From a virus (Duplodnaviria; Caudoviricetes): a stretch of DNA of 64,000 bases. Below the pieces are notes generated by a model. That model was not told where the DNA came from, did not search any database, and saw only the letters and a list, made by a program, of their open reading frames with translations. Position 1 is the stretch's first letter. Each line of letters begins with the position of its first letter. The stretch lies in IMG/VR virus record IMGVR_UViG_3300021254_000027, positions 41,543 through 105,542 of that record; one strand, written 5' to 3'. Positions 61,776 to 64,000 of this stretch are shown here, in pieces. Made by a program: the position numbers and the translations under genes.

Positions 61776-62462
61776 ATGCGCAAGAATTACACCATCGTTA
61801 TGGACACTGAAACCTGCAACATCGTCAAGATGGATGCGGTAAAGCCTGGCAATAATCTGACCTATGACATCGGCTTTTCTGTTGTGTGCCCCAGCACCGG
61901 CGAAGTCGTCCTGGAGCGTTCCTACGTCGTGCGGGAAATCTTCTTTGGCGAAGTGGAGCGCATGAAGTCCAGCTACTACGCGGCGAAGCTGCCCCAGTAT
62001 TACAAGGACATCGCCGAAGGTAAGCGCGTCGTTAAGTCGTTCTTTGAAATCATGAACGAAGTGCAGGACATTTGCGATAACATGAACATTGTCGCAATCG
62101 TCGCCCACAATGCGCGGTTTGATGTGGACGCGCTGAACACTACCGCGCGCTGGCTGACTGACCTGTACAGCGTCCGCGCCCTGCCTAACGTCGAAGTGTG
62201 GGACACTATGCGGATGTGGAACGCGGTCAAGCCTGCGAAGTATGACAAGTGGTGTGCGGAAAATGGTTACATGACTAACCACAAGCCGCCGCGTGCGCGT
62301 CTGACCGCTGAAATTATTTACCGTTTCATTACGGAAGATGTGGAATTTGTGGAATCCCACACCGCGCTGGAAGATGTACAGATTGAACGTGAAATCATGT
62401 TCAAAGTGTACAAGATGCACAAGAGTGTTAAGGAAGTTCGCGTCCTCTACTATGCCGAGTAG
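61776..62462 (+). CDS. DEDDh (DnaQ-like) 3'-5' exonuclease, ending in TAG
   Basis: IVMDTET (ExoI), AHNARFD (ExoII), HTALED (ExoIII). Confidence 0.85.
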   Translation: MRKNYTIVMDTETCNIVKMDAVKPGNNLTYDIGFSVVCPSTGEVVLERSYVVREIFFGEVERMKSSYYAAKLPQYYKDIAEGKRVVKSFFEIMNEVQDICDNMNIVAIVAHNARFDVDALNTTARWLTDLYSVRALPNVEVWDTMRMWNAVKPAKYDKWCAENGYMTNHKPPRARLTAEIIYRFITEDVEFVESHTALEDVQIEREIMFKVYKMHKSVKEVRVLYYAE

Positions 62463-62548
62463 AGGACGCCTGGAACCCAAAAATTAACAGAAACGTGCAT
62501 GTGGATTTAACAATCAGTCACTATAATAGATAATGTCGAAAGGAGCTG

Positions 62549-62932
62549 ATGATAATGACGCAAGCCGAACGGATGCGCAAGGCAGGATTCACGGACGCGG
62601 AAATTGCGGACATGCTGGAAGCGGATGCGCGGATTGACAAGGGCGAAAAGCTCTTTGAACAGACCGCGGAGCAAAAAGCGGTCACGCGCAAGATGACGCA
62701 AGCGCGAAGCGCGGTTAATGCCTACGGGAAAAAGGTCACGCGGGAACGCAAGCCGAACGAAATCAAGCGCAAAATCATGCAATTCGTTTTTGATGCTCTC
62801 CGCATTAATTCCGGATGCCAGCCGCTTGCCCCTAACGCAGAATTAACAAACCCCGAACGCACGATTGACTTTGAGATTGACGGACGCGCGTTCACGCTGA
62901 CACTGACCGAACATCGGAAGCCGAAAACTTAA
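62549..62932 (+). CDS. Hypothetical early protein (127 aa)
   Basis: AAGGAG RBS, intact ORF. Confidence 0.7.
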   Translation: MIMTQAERMRKAGFTDAEIADMLEADARIDKGEKLFEQTAEQKAVTRKMTQARSAVNAYGKKVTRERKPNEIKRKIMQFVFDALRINSGCQPLAPNAELTNPERTIDFEIDGRAFTLTLTEHRKPKT

Positions 62933-63038
62933 CATTCGGCTTCCACGAAAAACTCTTGACAAGCCCGCCTGGATGTGCTATAATAATCACGTAATCAAGA
63001 GAAGGAAAACTCTTAAAAACCGGAAAGGAATTGATACT

Positions 63039-63389
63039 ATGACTAAGAACATCACCCGCGTTGACGCCCTGAACACCGCCATCGAAGCCCTGTCTGATAA
63101 CACCGCCGTTGTCGAAGTCCTGACCGCGATCCGTGACAGCATTGCGAAGGCCAACAGTCGCCGGTCTGACAAGCCCACGAAGGCACAGATCGAAGCCGCC
63201 GCGCTCCGTGCGAAGGTTGTCGCCCTGCTGACCGACACGCCGCACAGCGTGACCGAAATGCTTGCCATGTCGCCGGACTTCGCCGGCATGAGCAATCAGA
63301 AGATGTCCGCCCTGCTTAACAAGGCCGTAACCGAGGGCGAAGCCCTCAAGGTTTCGGAAAAGCGCGTGACGAAGTTCCTGCGCGCCTGA
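63039..63389 (+). CDS. Winged-helix DNA-binding protein, paralog 2
   Basis: KPTKAQ...SNQKMSALLNKAVTEGE; shares the leader AAAAACC(A/G)GAAAGGAATTGATACTATGAC with 60821. Confidence 0.7.
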   Translation: MTKNITRVDALNTAIEALSDNTAVVEVLTAIRDSIAKANSRRSDKPTKAQIEAAALRAKVVALLTDTPHSVTEMLAMSPDFAGMSNQKMSALLNKAVTEGEALKVSEKRVTKFLRA

Positions 63390-63397
63390 CCGAAAAA

Positions 63398-63485
63398 TGC
63401 AGGATGGGGCAACCCATCCTGCAAATCCCTTCACACTTTACCACGCGAAAGTAAATGCAGGATTGCGCCCGCAATCCTGCATTTT
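63398..63485 (+). terminator. Two tandem related hairpins; the second has a U-tract
   Basis: TGCAGGATGG-GGCAAC-CCATCCTGCA and AAATGCAGGATTGC-GCCC-GCAATCCTGCATTTTT. Confidence 0.6.
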
Positions 63486-63732
63486 TACACAATCTTAACT
63501 TAACGCCAGGTTCTTCGAATGTTAACCAACATTTAACATTCGGCGGCCCGGCGGCGGACGTTGCGCCGCCGCCTGGGCCGAATTCGCATGTTAAGTTTGT
63601 GTTAAACTTTTATGCAGCAAAATGGCACAATTGTTACAGATCTATTGCAATCCCAGAACCTGGTGTAACAAACTGTTAACTTGACTTTTGAACCCTTATT
63701 TGTTATAATAGTTACAGAAAGAGGAAAGGAAA

Positions 63733-63921
63733 GTGGCCACAATGATGAACAAACGCGCGTTTTACAAGAGGGTTGATGAGCTGAGCGCCTGGGATCTGGA
63801 TAGCGGTTGCCGCCACTTTGTCAATCAGGACAGCGCCGCGAATCGCAAGTTGAAAAAGCGCTTGCGCAGGCAGGCCCGCCGCCGCATTAACGCGGCGGCG
63901 ATGGACGAAGCTCAAGAGTAG
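63733..63921 (+). CDS. Small basic protein (62 aa) ending in TAG
   Basis: Own promoter and RBS; Arg/Lys-rich. Confidence 0.65.
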   Translation: MATMMNKRAFYKRVDELSAWDLDSGCRHFVNQDSAANRKLKKRLRRQARRRINAAAMDEAQE

Positions 63922-64000
63922 TTAACAAACTCTTAACTTGACAAACAGCCTGGAATCGGTTATAATAATTACAGAAACAAGAGAGGAGCAAACAAAAATG

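Larger units (their letters stand above)
55038..63966 (+). promoter_or_regulatory. Array of about 20 near-consensus sigmaA promoters, roughly one per gene
   Basis: TTGAC(A/T)-N17-TA(T/C)A(A/C)T with -35 starting at 55038, 55526, 55898, 56192, 56619, 57226, 57645, 58219, 58609, 58798, 59314, 59610, 59977, 60380, 60639, 60741, 61192, 62956, 63681, 63938; weaker ones near 57024 and 61679; many share an ACATCAA(A/G)AG-type leader. Confidence 0.92.

Noticed and set aside
63531-63596. Integron attC-like appearance (ATTTAAC...hairpin...GTTAAGT)
   Set aside because: Only this copy has both core sites, genes carry their own promoters, no integrase is in the window, and the motifs fit 11-bp direct-repeat boxes better.
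55095-63915. Minus-strand track ORFs across the early region
   Set aside because: Antisense shadows of GC-rich plus-strand genes that have promoters and RBSs.
54900-64000. CRISPR array
   Set aside because: The repeats are degenerate promoter/box motifs separated by genes, not identical repeats with uniform spacers.

Overview
The window is part of a large tailed-phage genome (long-tailed siphovirus-type organisation). An AbrB/SpoVT-type gene and sigmaA-type promoters point to a Firmicutes host. It has two very different halves. (1) 1-53164, minus strand, AT-rich: a packaging, head and tail morphogenesis region that the standard-code ORF track shreds into fragments, because TAG is used there as a sense codon (Gln). 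With TAG=Gln the fragments fall into single frames ending in TAA/TGA and tile the strand: putative regulator, putative TerS, TerL, small PD-(D/E)XK nuclease, portal, protease/scaffold, capsid-associated protein, major capsid, neck proteins, tail tube, chaperone, a ~4755-aa tape measure, a ~2840-aa tail-tip protein, baseplate and fibre genes. (2) 53314-64000, plus strand, GC-richer from ~55000: about 27 short early/host-takeover-type genes that are intact in the standard code, five ending in TAG. From ~55000 nearly every gene has its own consensus TTGACA-N17-TATAAT promoter. Their spacers carry 11-bp-periodic TTAACA/TGTTAA boxes (PhoP/WalR-like), ARG-box-like palindromes, CCWGG sites, hairpins over the -35 box and a family of GC-rich hairpins. 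Highlights: an apparent dual genetic code, a CCC-TAG-CCC site ending the major capsid gene (stop vs Gln vs +1 frameshift), a TAG separating protease from a nested scaffold, and a regulator-box-loaded early cassette array. All gene calls come from manual translation and motif recognition. Frame continuity of the longest genes rests on in-frame fragments and spot checks, not exhaustive verification.
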